Assembly: GCF_964213995.1 (NCBI RefSeq)
Contig: NW_027590164.1
Span: forward strand, 744,001-808,000
DNA from: Mustelus asterias
Taxonomy: Eukaryota
DNA length: 64,000 nucleotides
Reading direction: 5' to 3'
Shown here: positions 61,763 to 64,000 of the stretch, piece by piece
Layout of the letters: each line of letters starts with the position of its first letter
Position numbering within the stretch: position 1 is the first letter of the stretch
The notes under the pieces: model-generated
What the model saw: only the letters and a program-made list of their open reading frames with translations
The model's database searches: none
Told to the model about the DNA's origin: nothing
Translations under genes and position numbers: made by a program

Positions 61763-62244
61763 TTCGAACATACACCAATGATAGACAATAAGAGCGGGAG
61801 AGATTCCTGGTCAGTCATATGATGGAAATAATTTGGAGCCTCTCCCATCACTATCCATGGCTCCACGGGTAGCGGATATAAAAGTTTCTGTTGCCACTGC
61901 AGCCTGGTTCCTTGTGGGGTCTCGCTGGCCGGTGTGGATGAGATTGGTGCCGACAGCACGGGGTTCAATCCCCATTCTGGCTGGGGTGGATTTGGGTTCT
62001 GTCTCTTTGCCCGACCCATGGCAGAGATCCTGACACTTTGGTCAGACCAGCCTTCAGGTAGAGAACACAACAATAAGAAGTTTGTGTGTTCATGGCTCCC
62101 AGTATTAGATAGATCAACAAACATTCTAACTGCTAATTCCATTCAGAAGAGACAAATAATTCTCTTGATTTGAGTTTGCTGTGTGTAAACCATCCCCTTG
62201 TAAAAGAGTTTCCAAAATCCATCACTCAGTCCGCCTGCTGAAGG

Positions 62245-62990
62245 GAGCACTGCGCACGCGCGCTGCTGCACTGCTACTGATAAAGATGGCGCTACGCATG
62301 CGCTTTTCTACACATTGCCCCCTACAAAGATGGCGGTCGGTATCCGGGTCTTTCAACCGTTGAACCGGCTGCTTCTCATTCCGGGATTGAGGCCTCTATC
62401 GAAGTTTATCTGAAACATCGGCACACACCCACCGGCTCCAGCACCCTTCCGCACTCAGACATTACTCACCCGCTTGATATTTAACACGACCGCCTCTGTT
62501 CTGGTTTTTGTGGCCGATACCACTGATTTCTAAACCTTTCCCTCCGACGCCATCCTTCCCGCTCACCCGGCACTTACTCACTGGCTGCATATACACACTG
62601 CGCATGCTCCACATCACAATGCCCGGGGATTGATTGACGGCAGCTCCGGGCCAATAGGAAGAGGGGGGCGGGGCTGGGGGACCGAGCGGGAGCGGCTGAT
62701 CCTCCAACCAATCGGAGTGAACGAGGGGCGGGAACTGAAGCATGCGCAGTGCGGGTAATGGCGACGGACAGACGGACGGTTTTAACTTGGAAGCGAGATC
62801 AATGCGAGGTAGAGGGCGGCGTGCTGGGAATGATAAATGTGGCGGGTGGGTGGAGAGGCTTTGTAAACATGTTGTTCAAACCCAAACCCCGGAAATGAAC
62901 TTCCCGGTCCCCCCCTTTGTACCAAATGGAGCGGCAGCTTGTAGTGTGAGACCCGGGCTGACTGCCGCCATTGAGGCTGCATGTGGGAGG
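62245..62990. promoter_or_regulatory. Bidirectional promoter for ZNF 60854 (-) and a predicted gene right of the window (+)
   Basis: Core cassette 62597-62750; two AAGATGGCG YY1 sites (62283, 62327); minus donor G/GTGAGT near 62468; 62750-62985 is the reverse homologue of 1780-2020. Confidence 0.75.
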
Positions 62991-63022
62991 CCGGCAGGGA
63001 TTGTGATCGGAGAGTGAAGCCC

Positions 63023-63327
63023 TGACGTCACAATGGAATGGGTGAGGGTGTGACGTCACAATGGAATGGGTGAGGGTGTGACGTCACAATGGAATGGGTG
63101 AGGGTGTGACGTCACAATGGAATGGGTCGGAGTGTGAGGTCAAAATGGAATGGGTGAGTGTGTGACATTACAATGGAATGGGTGAGTGTGTGACATCACA
63201 ATGGAATGGGTGAGAGTGTGACATCACAATGGAATGGGTGAGTGTGTGACATCACAATGGAATGGGTGAGTGTGTGACGTCACAATGGAATGGGTGAGGG
63301 TGTGACGTCACAATGGAATGGGTGAGA
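63023..63327. repeat. 28-bp minisatellite x11 containing CRE palindromes
   Basis: Unit TGACGTCACAATGGAATGGGTGAGGGTG. Confidence 0.95.
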
Positions 63328-63337
63328 GTTCCAGATG

Positions 63338-63695
63338 AGCCCCCCGACTTGCGCCCCCCCCGACTTGCGCCCCCCCGACTTACGCCCCCCCGACTTGCGC
63401 CCCCCTGACTTGCGCCCCCCCGACTTGCGGTGCGCCCCGACTTGCGGTGCGCCCCGACTTGCGGTGTGCCCCGACTTGCGCCCCCCCGACTTGCGCCCCC
63501 CCGACTGGCGCCCCCCCGACTTGCGCCCCCCCCCGACTTGCGCCCCCCCCGACTTGCGCCCCCCCGACTTGCGCCCCCCCGACTTGCGCCCCCCCGACTT
63601 GCGCCCCCTCCCGACTTGCGGCCCCCCCGACTTGCGCCCCCCCCAACTTGCGCCCCCCCCGACTTGCGCCCCCCCCGACTTGCGCCCCCCCCCGC
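63338..63695. repeat. C-rich about 15-bp minisatellite, more than 20 units
   Basis: Unit GACTTGCG(C)7-9. Confidence 0.95.
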
Positions 63696-64000
63696 TTCCC
63701 GTCTCCAGCTGTTCCCCCCAACTCCTTTCCAACAGACCCAAAACCCGCTGCTGAATCACCCCCCCCCTCCCCTTACTGCCAATGCCCTATAGATTCCTCT
63801 CTCGGCTCAATCCCCCCCGAACACCTCTCCTGAACCCACTCCCAATCCTTTTAAACCCGCCACCCTCAGTCTCTCACCCCCAAATTCCCCTCCCCCCCGC
63901 CTCCAGCCTCCCCCCCCAAACCCCTCCTTAAATCCCCACTCCAGAAACCCACTCTAAATCCCTCCACTTCAACGCCTCTAACCCTCCCTGCTGCCCAATC

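Overview
Eukaryotic, repeat-rich window. HE1/V-type SINEs, HER1/CR1 LINEs and a Deu-domain SINE point to a shark or other elasmobranch (inference). It holds a cluster of KRAB-less tandem C2H2 zinc-finger genes: 7 intact ORFs, 2 near-intact copies broken by a stop or frameshift, and 3 decayed copies. Most lie in head-to-head pairs around short CpG-rich promoters built from a reused NRF1/CCAAT/GC-box/YY1 cassette. Paralogues share a non-coding first exon and a coding exon whose 5' part is made of 'fossil' zinc fingers with shared TGA stops. They also share a conserved peptide-like frame (QGLDSAVIAAVNHIQD) directly behind the stop codon. The genes are separated by nested CR1, L2-like, Rex1/Babar, SINE, Penelope-like (hammerhead-bearing) and LTR (Copia-like) remnants, four minisatellites and one assembly gap. 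No database search was possible: family names come from motif recognition and old-repeat boundaries are approximate.
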